A stretch of DNA of 64,000 bases from an uncultured virus (IMG/VR IMGVR_UViG_3300044645_001931) (taxonomy: Duplodnaviria; Heunggongvirae; Uroviricota; Caudoviricetes), in the IMG/VR virus record IMGVR_UViG_3300044645_001931; one strand, given 5' to 3'. The position numbers and the translations under genes were made by a program. The notes under the pieces are model-generated. The model was given only the letters and a program-made list of their open reading frames with translations, was not told the DNA's origin and searched no databases. Position 1 is the first letter of the stretch. The number at the start of each line of letters is the position of its first letter. Shown one piece after another: positions 1 through 7,989 of the stretch.

Positions 1-1134
1 ATCCTTAGGCTCTTCTCCATCCGCTTCTTTTTTCCTGCTACGTGTTGATGGTTTTGTTTTTACAGGACTCTTAGATGTTTGAAGTGTTTCCGCATTTTGC
101 GCTAATACTCTTTCCATGTGCTCTAATGTGTCGCCTTCAAGGTTGGGTAAGATTGAAGCAATTGCCTCTAGTGTTGCGTCATCAACACTTTGTACGCGAT
201 AGTCCTGTGATGGCTTCCATCCATTTTCTTGTGCAATATGGATTAGTGAGCCAATACCACGACCACCACCTTTACTGAAGGAGAGCCAACGCCTGTGGCA
301 TTCACCATCTTTGTACTTATCGCTTTGCTTGGACCATTCATCCCATTCATCCAGCAGCGATTCATCCAAGCTATGGAGCGACTGACCAACCATGATCCAG
401 ATGTCATAGTCATCCGTCGCTTCTGGAGGCATACCCCACATTGCTTCGGACGCAAGTTGGATATCACGATCCAACCCAACGACACTTTGGATGGCGAAGT
501 TCCCGCCGATCACACGTGATACTTCTTGGGCAGGTTTACCTTGCTTGGCATTTTTGGTGATGATGTTATTGAGGATCCATTCCGGTAGTTCGGGCAGGTT
601 GTCGGACCACTCAAATCCCAGCTCTTCACCGGTGTAGTATCCATCCGTCTCTGGATGAACACCCATCAAAACACCTTGGTGCTTTTTCCAAAGGATCTCA
701 AGCTTTTCTTTGTTTTCTTCCCCGTGCCAGGTGTACTTGTTGCGTAGGAAATGCTTGTGTTTATCGCGGTTTAATTTGTAGAGCTTTCGTTCGCGGCCGA
801 CTTTACCACTGAAGATGGTAAGGGTGGCAGGCAGCGCGTCTTGGAGGGGAAGGCCGGAGATTTGCTCAATGAGTGGGTAGACACTAGGTCCATCAACATC
901 AACCCAGACCAAGCCATAGGGATGGTTATAGGCAGGACCACCAAGTAACCCAATTGCTTGGCAGTCACCTGTTGCCAGCTCCTCTTCAATTTCACGAACA
1001 CTGAATGGTTTGTTCTGCCAGCCCTGGATGTAGGGATCTTTGTTGGGTCCAAGGGGAGTGAGGGGCCAATCAAGTGGGATGTAATCTAGTCGGATTTCGC
1101 CTGGCTTAAGAGCTTTCAAATTCTGGTTCGTCAT
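1..1134 (-). CDS. Bifunctional primase-polymerase (prim-pol) with PriCT-2-like domain, running off the window edge
   Basis: Not in the ORF track because it has no stop in the window. My translation from ATG 1134: MTNQNLKALKPGEIRLDYIPLDWPLTPLGPNKDP...LVWVDVDG (DxD), later DDYDIWIMVGQSLHSLDESLLDEWDEWSKQSDKY (PriCT-2-like). Confidence 0.85.
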   Translation of the reverse strand, partial: MTNQNLKALKPGEIRLDYIPLDWPLTPLGPNKDPYIQGWQNKPFSVREIEEELATGDCQAIGLLGGPAYNHPYGLVWVDVDGPSVYPLIEQISGLPLQDALPATLTIFSGKVGRERKLYKLNRDKHKHFLRNKYTWHGEENKEKLEILWKKHQGVLMGVHPETDGYYTGEELGFEWSDNLPELPEWILNNIITKNAKQGKPAQEVSRVIGGNFAIQSVVGLDRDIQLASEAMWGMPPEATDDYDIWIMVGQSLHSLDESLLDEWDEWSKQSDKYKDGECHRRWLSFSKGGGRGIGSLIHIAQENGWKPSQDYRVQSVDDATLEAIASILPNLEGDTLEHMERVLAQNAETLQTSKSPVKTKPSTRSRKKEADGEEPKD

Positions 1135-1316
1135 ACTTCTGTGGAGTTCTTGATTACTACTTTAAAGTCCCGGTCGGGGAAGGAGGCCTCTTTTAAGATT
1201 GTGTACGCATGAAGATGCATGAGGGTGGGCAGAACAAAACAATCCCCGTCCATCGCATTCATCATGCGACTCATGAGACTGTAAGTCCACTCACCCAAGC
1301 CGACGTGTACGTCCAT
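1131..1316 (-). CDS. Hypothetical protein
   Basis: ORF whose stop overlaps the prim-pol start (ATGA). Confidence 0.6.
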   Translation of the reverse strand: MDVHVGLGEWTYSLMSRMMNAMDGDCFVLPTLMHLHAYTILKEASFPDRDFKVVIKNSTEV

Positions 1317-1383
1317 GGGGAGGGCCTGGTTGTGTGTCTTCTTATCCTACGGCTCCCAACCCATGAAGCCCATCAAGAGATTA

Positions 1384-1590
1384 TTAAGTTAGCTGAGTCT
1401 TATTAGACTCACGTTCTTTGTATTGCGTGCGCTTATCAATTGATTCAAACTCTTTCATTACCTTGTTGTAGATCTGGACTGCATCCTCTTTTGTGACGAC
1501 CGCCCTTTCACAGGCGATCGTCCATGCCAGGCGCTTCCTGCACTCCATCTTGCCGTTCGGGTTGTATGGGGTCATTGTACCAAGGCGCAC
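1384..1590 (-). CDS. Hypothetical protein
   Basis: ORF in the minus-strand run; start uncertain. Confidence 0.55.
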   Translation of the reverse strand: MRLGTMTPYNPNGKMECRKRLAWTIACERAVVTKEDAVQIYNKVMKEFESIDKRTQYKERESNKTQLT

Positions 1591-1819
1591 GTAGTTCCAT
1601 GGCTCCGCCCAGTTTCCTGGACTCGCCCGTCTGGAGTTCCGGATCTATTTCATGTTCAATATAGATCGGCTTGTTTTGCTCCTCAAGTTCACGTGTAGCT
1701 TCCCATTGGTTCTCCCATTCAATCATGGTAAGCCGCGCCTTGAGCTTGGCTTCAAACCACGTCTTCTTCCACCACTTAATAATGGCTTCTATTACATCTT
1801 TTAAAAAAGTTTGGGACAC
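1508..1819 (-). CDS. Hypothetical protein
   Basis: 103 aa ORF in the minus-strand run. Confidence 0.6.
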   Translation of the reverse strand: MSQTFLKDVIEAIIKWWKKTWFEAKLKARLTMIEWENQWEATRELEEQNKPIYIEHEIDPELQTGESRKLGGAMELRAPWYNDPIQPERQDGVQEAPGMDDRL

Positions 1820-1847
1820 TTAAAATAAAAACAGTGATTCTAAAAGT

Positions 1848-2180
1848 ATGGCACGGCGTTCAGCTGACAAATCAAACACAAACTCTCGCGGCGGAAAGCG
1901 TTCTGCCAGTGGAGAAAAAGTTGCACGCATTCCTGGTAAAGCAAAGCCAACTCCCCGTAATAGCCCAAAGCGTTCCCCTGAAGAACGAGATGAACGTAGG
2001 AAAAGTTTAAATGCATCGCAACTAGAGCGACGCCTTGAACGCATTGACAGCAAACTGGACCGCATCAATACCCGCCAAGAACAAAAAGGAGTACCTGGGC
2101 GAGTATCTAAAAGAGAAGAGCGTTTAATGGGAAGGGCAAATATTTTCCAAGATATGTTGAACCGTATTCCTCGTTACTAA
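1848..2180 (+). CDS. Small Arg/Lys-rich basic protein
   Basis: 110 aa, very basic, on the opposite strand to its neighbours. Confidence 0.55.
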   Translation: MARRSADKSNTNSRGGKRSASGEKVARIPGKAKPTPRNSPKRSPEERDERRKSLNASQLERRLERIDSKLDRINTRQEQKGVPGRVSKREERLMGRANIFQDMLNRIPRY

Positions 2181-3031
2181 ATTAAATCCGGATCATAAAC
2201 ATTACAGTTTTCAATCTGCGTATAGTACTCCTCTACGATCTTGTACCAATCTTCCCGCAGGGAGTCTAAAAACCTGCGGGAGATCTTAAATACCTGGGTA
2301 CGAATCGGAGTCGATACAAGGATTGCCGCCTGCTGGACCTTCATGCCAAGAGTCTGCTCGATAGCAATGTCATAGGCAGCGAGCTGCTTACAAGTTTTTT
2401 TAAATTTCATGTGACCACCAAGCAGGTCTCTCCACTCTTGGGACCCCTTTTCCAAATCTTTCGGCCACTTGCGGCTGTAGGGTTTGACGCTGGTCTTTAG
2501 GTCAGCAAGCGTCAGTTTGTTATTGGCAACAGCAATAATATCAGGAGCACCAGCCCAAGCACGACCTTCTGAGTCACAGCCCCATACGCGAGCAACGTCA
2601 TCAGAACCAATAGTGAAGTTAAATTTATCCAGAACAGGGGACTCGGCCCAAAGGATCTCCTCAAATTGATCCAGAATTGGCGGCATACCTGCCCAAAAGT
2701 CCGCATATTCCTCTTTGATTTCCGGATTTTTATTTCCTTTGAGGTACTGTTCCATGCCGTAGTGGATGGCAGTACCCCTTTCGGCAGCAGCTTCTTTAAC
2801 ACCTGGGTTAGCTTTCGACCACATTTCGAGCTTCCGTTTATTTGCTTCGGAAGCTGTCTCACCAATAATAGTAGTTACGGACGGCGCAGGTCCAGTGGGT
2901 AACGGCGTTGTATAGTGACGTCTGCCGTTAAGCGTAATTCTGGCTGCGGTCCGATTGAGTGACCGCATCATCTCAGGTTGCTCGTCCTTGGCTTTAATCC
3001 AAGGATCTGATGTATCTATCTTAGCAACCAT
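2177..3031 (-). CDS. PD-(D/E)XK phage exonuclease
   Basis: PSVTTII, RGTAIH, GAPD...LADLKT and QLAAY motifs. Confidence 0.85.
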   Translation of the reverse strand: MVAKIDTSDPWIKAKDEQPEMMRSLNRTAARITLNGRRHYTTPLPTGPAPSVTTIIGETASEANKRKLEMWSKANPGVKEAAAERGTAIHYGMEQYLKGNKNPEIKEEYADFWAGMPPILDQFEEILWAESPVLDKFNFTIGSDDVARVWGCDSEGRAWAGAPDIIAVANNKLTLADLKTSVKPYSRKWPKDLEKGSQEWRDLLGGHMKFKKTCKQLAAYDIAIEQTLGMKVQQAAILVSTPIRTQVFKISRRFLDSLREDWYKIVEEYYTQIENCNVYDPDLI

Positions 3032-3082
3032 TGATGGTTTTGTATATTGCTGCTAGTTTAGCAGATGAGTCAACTACGTGTG

Positions 3083-3187
3083 ATGGACGGATTCAACTAC
3101 GCAATCGCTTCAATCCTTGGCGCCATGCTCGTCGTGATTAGCATGGACGCCTACCTGTTCTTCATGGAAGTCGCATCTCGTCAATGA
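3083..3187 (+). CDS. Small membrane peptide (34 aa)
   Basis: MDGFNYAIASILGAMLVVISMDAYLFFMEVASRQ; ATGA-coupled to hli. Confidence 0.5.
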   Translation: MDGFNYAIASILGAMLVVISMDAYLFFMEVASRQ

Positions 3188-3426
3188 ACAAATTCCTCCT
3201 TGGCATCCAGGGTTATGCGTCGTGTTTTGGCTGGCTTTTTCCTGCTCTTTGGGAGTGGATCCTAGAGATGTCACCTGACCTTCGCTTCTGGAAGTGGCAT
3301 ACAAACCTTGATGATCACCTTTGGTATGCCGAGCGTGTCAATGGTCGTCTCGCCATGCTTGCACTGACCTTCCTCTTTATCTGGTGCACAACCCATGATG
3401 TCAAACTTAACGCGCTTCTATTTTGA
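3184..3426 (+). CDS. hli: High-light-inducible protein (Hli/Scp family)
   Basis: AERVNGRLAML chlorophyll-binding helix motif (ExxNGRxAM). Confidence 0.8.
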   Translation: MNKFLLGIQGYASCFGWLFPALWEWILEMSPDLRFWKWHTNLDDHLWYAERVNGRLAMLALTFLFIWCTTHDVKLNALLF

Positions 3427-3558
3427 ATTTGATGACGAATGTCGTACCGGCTGCTTTGAAGGCTTAGCTTTTGAAGATGTTGAAACCATTGAGGCAGACG
3501 TTTACGAAATAGAGCTACAATCCAAGGAGATTCCTTACACTCGAGTCGACTTATAACA

Positions 3559-4140
3559 ATGACACGTACCTGGGACAACTACTTCAAACCCATTAAAAGC
3601 AAACTGGGTGCACGTCAGCATACCTTCCAAAAGATTTTTAAGTATCTAGATGAACGCAGTAATCCAGTCATCATTGAAACTGGTACATACCGAGAAGAAA
3701 ACAATTACACGGGTGATGGCTGCTCAACACTTCTGTTCGATAACTACATCGACATCCGTGGAGAAGGCGAATTGATTTCAATTGACATTGATCCAGGTGC
3801 TTGCGCCCTGGCTCGACTATCTACCAAACATGCCGATGTTATTGAATCAGATTCCGTAGAAGCACTTGATACCTTTACTGGTACATGCGACCTCCTCTAC
3901 TTGGATTCTTACAACATCACAGATTGGAACAATGACTGGGCACCGGCTGCCCATCATCTCAAGGAGATGTTTGCAGCACATTCTTTGCTTGCCCCTGGGA
4001 CTTTGATCGTTGTTGACGACAATATCAAAGCTCCAGATGGACGTCGTCACGGCAAAGGACGTCTTGTTTATGAACTTATGCAATCAATTGGCATTGAACC
4101 ATGGTTTGATTCCTACCAAATTGGTTGGATCTGGTACTAG
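3559..4140 (+). CDS. Class I SAM-dependent methyltransferase (Methyltransf_24-like)
   Basis: IIETGT, SIDID, DLLYLDS and IVVDDN motifs. Confidence 0.75.
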   Translation: MTRTWDNYFKPIKSKLGARQHTFQKIFKYLDERSNPVIIETGTYREENNYTGDGCSTLLFDNYIDIRGEGELISIDIDPGACALARLSTKHADVIESDSVEALDTFTGTCDLLYLDSYNITDWNNDWAPAAHHLKEMFAAHSLLAPGTLIVVDDNIKAPDGRRHGKGRLVYELMQSIGIEPWFDSYQIGWIWY

Positions 4141-4237
4141 ATATCCGTACTTTCCAAGGCTTTTGTCTTGACCCATAATATAAACAGCTCAGAAAGCTGT
4201 TATGTTTACTATAGTAAGAGGACCCCGTAGCTCCGAA

Positions 4238-4450
4238 ATGTCTCTTTCCACTCAAGTTAAGGAGTCCATTGAACAAGCGTCTAATTGCATGCGTGATGCA
4301 CTAGCGTTTGCTGCGCGTACTGAGCATCCTGTTACGATTACCACCATCTCTGACATCCTATGCCGCTTGGAATCCCTGGAGCAGGTTGATGACTTAATGC
4401 AGCAATTTGCCAAGAAGGATGACGAAAAAACGAATCACTACCGAGGCTGA
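4238..4450 (+). CDS. Hypothetical protein
   Basis: ORF MSLSTQVKESIEQA...; start uncertain. Confidence 0.55.
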   Translation: MSLSTQVKESIEQASNCMRDALAFAARTEHPVTITTISDILCRLESLEQVDDLMQQFAKKDDEKTNHYRG

Positions 4451-4572
4451 ACGCCTCGAAAAATATTTGTTTAGTCTTCCTATTCCTTGCCCAACTGACA
4501 AGGAGCTAGAGCAAGTATTATCACGTCCATGTAAGTGGGCTAAAATACTAGAAGAACGTAATAAAGATCCTG

Positions 4573-4857
4573 ATGGCGCAGGATGATAGCAAGTACTCAA
4601 AACCTGAGTTACGTGAGCGGATTAAAGATCGCGTGATGTCTGGTTCCAAGGGTGGCAAGCCTGGACAATGGTCTGCACGTAAGGCTCAGCTTGTTGCCAG
4701 TGAGTACAAGGAAGCTGGTGGTGGATACAAAGGCGGCAAAGGTAAGAAACAAAAGTCTTTAGAGAAGTGGGGCAAAGAAAAGTGGCAAACCAAAGATGAG
4801 TATGAGAAACGTAACAAGGCTAAGTCTGCTGCCAAGAAGTACAAGGAAAGCAAGTAA
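4573..4857 (+). CDS. Basic protein, N-terminal half of a DUF5872-like protein
   Basis: KGGKPGQWSARKAQLVASEYKEAGGGY motif. Confidence 0.65.
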   Translation: MAQDDSKYSKPELRERIKDRVMSGSKGGKPGQWSARKAQLVASEYKEAGGGYKGGKGKKQKSLEKWGKEKWQTKDEYEKRNKAKSAAKKYKESK

Positions 4858-5057
4858 TGGCAGACAAAGCAATTCAAAAAGGATACACTAAACGTTACTT
4901 ACCAGAGAAAGCGTGGGCTTCACTGTCTAAAGAAGAACGTGCGGAGACTGACCAAAAGAAAAGAGCTGGCAGTAGAGAAGGTAAACAATTTGTAGCTAAC
5001 ACTGAACGTGCCAAAAAAGCTGGACGTGCAGCTCGCCGTTATAAACAAGGTAAGTAA
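4857..5057 (+). CDS. Basic protein, C-terminal half of a DUF5872-like protein
   Basis: RYLPEKAWASLS...GKQFVANT; TAATG-coupled to the previous ORF. Confidence 0.6.
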   Translation: MADKAIQKGYTKRYLPEKAWASLSKEERAETDQKKRAGSREGKQFVANTERAKKAGRAARRYKQGK

Positions 5058-5087
5058 CTTTATAATCAATAAAGATACTTAACGATC

Positions 5088-5252
5088 ATGGCTAAAGCAG
5101 TTCCGCCTAAAGGCAAAGCTGTTCCTCCCAAGGGTAAAAAAGCTCCGGATAAAGGCAAAGCAGGTGGCACTGACAAGCAAGCTGCTGCCCGCGACAAGTT
5201 CAAAGCAATGATCGAAGCAAAGAAAGCCGCAGCCGCAAAGAAGAAGAAATGA
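5088..5252 (+). CDS. Lys/Ala-rich small protein (54 aa)
   Basis: MAKAVPPKGKAVPPKGKK...AAAAKKKK; TATAAT at 5061. Confidence 0.65.
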   Translation: MAKAVPPKGKAVPPKGKKAPDKGKAGGTDKQAAARDKFKAMIEAKKAAAAKKKK

Positions 5253-5359
5253 TGGTATCCTGACATACAGAGCAATATCGCTCTGGAGCCAATAGTCGAA
5301 AGCTCCTTCACGTTACGAACGTAGTGCTTAGCAACAAGTTGGGTGAGAAGGAAGCTATG

Positions 5360-5385
5360 ATCCCGGTATTACACCGGGATTTTTT
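5360..5385 (+). terminator. Rho-independent terminator
   Basis: atcccggt-attac-accgggat followed by a T run. Confidence 0.7.
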
Positions 5386-6057
5386 GTGACAACTCTTGTT
5401 GCCAACGTACCGCCAATCAAAGTATGGGTCCGCAAGGAGTATTTGTACGACCTTCAGAAAGGACATGGTGAGTACACACCTGGCTATTGGGTTACCTGTA
5501 AATCACTTACGGGTCGAGCATTGTACTTTGAAACGTACTTGACTGAGTACGGGGCCTTGTATGACAAGCTTCCTATTAGTGCGTTTCTTGCATGGGACTC
5601 AGACTATCCTGACAAACCCAAAGAACCTACACCTGACCTGGAGCTAACCGACCTTCAGTTCTGGAATGGGTTTGACCATGGGCTTACGGTCGTTGAAAAG
5701 AATTTAATCTTCAACATGGGTTTTGAAGTCCTGACACGAAGCGCAGGTGTAATGAAGGGCACATATTTATTTACCGTAGACAACTATCATCCTCATAGGA
5801 ACGAACCTGATTTTTACTTCTCGGAGTTTCCTGATGAGCACAAATCCCATAACATTGTGGCTTTGGACAACGGTCAAATTGGCGCTTATCCCAACAATCG
5901 GTGTCGCATGGTTGATCCATCATTGAGTTATCACAATCTCAAGACACCAGACTTCAAGGTATCAACACGATACTTTGATGTGGAACACGCCCCCAAGTGG
6001 GGTCGTCTTGGAGAAAACGATGAGTACTTTTGGAAAACACCTAATGAAGATGTATAA
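5386..6057 (+). CDS. Conserved hypothetical phage protein
   Basis: 223 aa ORF with well-formed globular sequence (EHKSHNIVALDNGQIGAYPNNR). Confidence 0.75.
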   Translation: MTTLVANVPPIKVWVRKEYLYDLQKGHGEYTPGYWVTCKSLTGRALYFETYLTEYGALYDKLPISAFLAWDSDYPDKPKEPTPDLELTDLQFWNGFDHGLTVVEKNLIFNMGFEVLTRSAGVMKGTYLFTVDNYHPHRNEPDFYFSEFPDEHKSHNIVALDNGQIGAYPNNRCRMVDPSLSYHNLKTPDFKVSTRYFDVEHAPKWGRLGENDEYFWKTPNEDV

Positions 6058-6062
6058 TAATT

Positions 6063-6430
6063 GAGTTCCCCCTCTCTTTCCGATGGGGCTCGGGTGACTC
6101 GTTAGGCAGATAGCCTAGAAGGAGAGCCTTTAAGTCCAGGATTTTCCTGGCCTCTCCGGGTTTACCAACCTTTGCTCTCTGTTAGTAAAGGCCCTGGAGC
6201 GACAATGATAGAGGTGCAGTCCCTGTCTGGATACGCCTGGTTAACTCACAGCCCGATTGTCGGTACGTCAGTTACACTGCATCCATCTATCCTGCATGAA
6301 ACGCCCTGAAGCAAGTAAGGCCCTGAAGCCTTGCATCATGCGCAACACCCCCTATGCTTAGCTCCTATACGTAGACCATTTTGTTGACGTCACCAAAATG
6401 GTTTTCAGGATGATGCACAAACCAGGGGGT
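6063..6430 (+). ncRNA. Candidate highly structured ncRNA(s)
   Basis: No ORF; TATAAT at 6053; many complementary segments including crossing (pseudoknot) pairings. Confidence 0.6.
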
Positions 6431-6434
6431 CACT

Positions 6435-6505
6435 CGGTCGGTAGTCTATTGGTAAGGACGGGCAGACAATGCACGAGAAAGCTGGTTCGATTCCAGCACG
6501 ACCGA
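6435..6505 (+). ncRNA. tRNA-like element with a collapsed anticodon arm
   Basis: Acceptor CGGTCG/CGACCG, D arm GTCT/GGAC, T arm GCTGG-TTCGATT-CCAGC; no 7-nt anticodon loop. Confidence 0.6.
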
Positions 6506-6594
6506 TCAGGGTGCAACAAGGAACGTTGCATTAAACAAAGGATCCCCTCGGCCGCATCGTAGATCATCGTAGGCGGACATCCTTGCCCTAACAC

Positions 6595-6666
6595 CGGGAA
6601 TTAGCGCAGCGGTAGCGCGTCTGCTTTGGGAGCAGAAAGTCGCAGGTTCGATCCCTGCATTCCCGA
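6595..6666 (+). tRNA. tRNA-Pro(UGG)
   Basis: Full cloverleaf; anticodon arm TCTGC-TT TGG GA-GCAGA; T loop TTCGATC. Confidence 0.95.
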
Positions 6667-6667
6667 T

Positions 6668-6743
6668 CACCTGGTCCGAGCTAATTGGATAAGACGGTTA
6701 CTGCCGCTGCAGGACGATGTAGGTTCGACTCCTACCCAGGTGC
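6668..6743 (+). ncRNA. tRNA-like element with an atypical D/anticodon region
   Basis: Perfect acceptor CACCTGG/CCAGGTG and T arm GTAGG-TTCGACT-CCTAC; anticodon hairpin CTGC-CGCT-GCAG has only a 4-nt loop. Confidence 0.55.
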
Positions 6744-6817
6744 TATTAAGAATCTCAATAAACCACGTTTATTGAGAAAACTGATAAATTATAGGTACAC
6801 GTGCACAAAAACTATAC

Positions 6818-7072
6818 GTGACCTGGGACACTGCTAAAAAACGTATCGATAAGAATCGACAGAAGCTTCTGGAGTACAAGAAGACTTTGGAGTGCAAGAA
6901 GTGTGGGCTGAATGATCATCGTGTCCTTGAGTTCCACCACATAGGTGACAAGGACAATAACATCTCATCCATGGTCAACCATGGTTACGCCTGGAGCAGG
7001 GTAGAGGAAGAGATCAGTAAATGTATTCCGCTATGCTGCAACTGCCATAGGCTTGAGCATTGGGCTAGTTAA
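6818..7072 (+). CDS. Small HNH-like endonuclease
   Basis: CKKCG...LEFHH...LCCNCHRLEH. Confidence 0.75.
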   Translation: MTWDTAKKRIDKNRQKLLEYKKTLECKKCGLNDHRVLEFHHIGDKDNNISSMVNHGYAWSRVEEEISKCIPLCCNCHRLEHWAS

Positions 7073-7989
7073 CGGAATTTAAATTGAACAGGATAGCCAG
7101 CACCTGGTTGAATAAAACCAAACTTATCCGCAAGGCCAAGAGCCCTATCCGCTAGTTTTCTGCTGCCTTCAGGTTCACCTACAACACCGCCAACCATAGA
7201 GCCTGGGGCAAATAAAGGTATGCCTACGTTGTAGGAATTAAAATCATATCTTTCATCAGCAGTTTGACCGTCTTGCACTTTATAACGCCCTAAAGTATTA
7301 ACCAATCCTTTATTGACAAGAGCCGCTTGTTCTTGATTTAAACCCAAGCCTTGTGCGCCAATATTCCCATAATCACTAACAACGTAATTAGATGGCGTAT
7401 ATCCTTGCTGTCTTTGTTTAATTTTTTGTTCTGTTGTTAGAACAGCTAAATCATTTCGATCTCTTAATCCTAGTTGTTTTGTATATTCATTTACTTTTTG
7501 ATCTAGTATATTTACTTGATTTAGTTGTTCTTGAGTTGCAGGTGAACCTTTGCCATACATGTTATACATTTCGTTTTGACTGTTTACTGCTCTAGAGGCA
7601 TTCATCCAATCACTAAAAGTTTTTTCAGCTGTTAATCGCAAAGGATTTACGGTTATTTGTTGTGTTAGTTCTTTGTTCAGCAAAGCTTCTGCAGCTTTGG
7701 TATCAGCAGGAATGCGTGTTAAAGGTTGCGAAGTGCCTGAAAGAAACCTTGCAAACATCCCTTCTTTGGCAGGAACAATACCTGCTTCCATTCCTTTATC
7801 TAAGAGGGGAACAGCAACTTTATCTCGTACGGTTTTATAAATTGGGGATTGTGAGATATTCCGAATATCAGGAGCAATACTAGAAGAAATAGATGCTCCT
7901 CCTGGCAACACGCCTTTAAATACATTTTTATCAAGTTGACCGTATCCTCGGCTTACTTGATTGAGTAAGTTTTGAAATACGTTAGGCAT
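7069..7989 (-). CDS. Hypothetical protein, possibly virion-internal; AT-rich
   Basis: Long ORF; likely start MPNVFQNLLNQV coupled to the Dps-like stop. Confidence 0.7.
   Translation of the reverse strand: MPNVFQNLLNQVSRGYGQLDKNVFKGVLPGGASISSSIAPDIRNISQSPIYKTVRDKVAVPLLDKGMEAGIVPAKEGMFARFLSGTSQPLTRIPADTKAAEALLNKELTQQITVNPLRLTAEKTFSDWMNASRAVNSQNEMYNMYGKGSPATQEQLNQVNILDQKVNEYTKQLGLRDRNDLAVLTTEQKIKQRQQGYTPSNYVVSDYGNIGAQGLGLNQEQAALVNKGLVNTLGRYKVQDGQTADERYDFNSYNVGIPLFAPGSMVGGVVGEPEGSRKLADRALGLADKFGFIQPGAGYPVQFKFR

Noticed and set aside
5066..5311. Minus-strand 81 aa ORF
   Set aside because: Antisense to the plus-strand K/A-rich gene 5088-5252, which has a -10 box.
6084..6430. Possible tmRNA (GGGGCT start) or RNase P RNA
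   Set aside because: No matching tmRNA acceptor 3' end or tag frame, and no GAGGAAAGUCC core.
6508..6588. Theta/HDV-like ribozyme after the tRNA mimic (tcccctcg resembles L3)
   Set aside because: I could not build P3, P1.1 and J4/2 in the required order.
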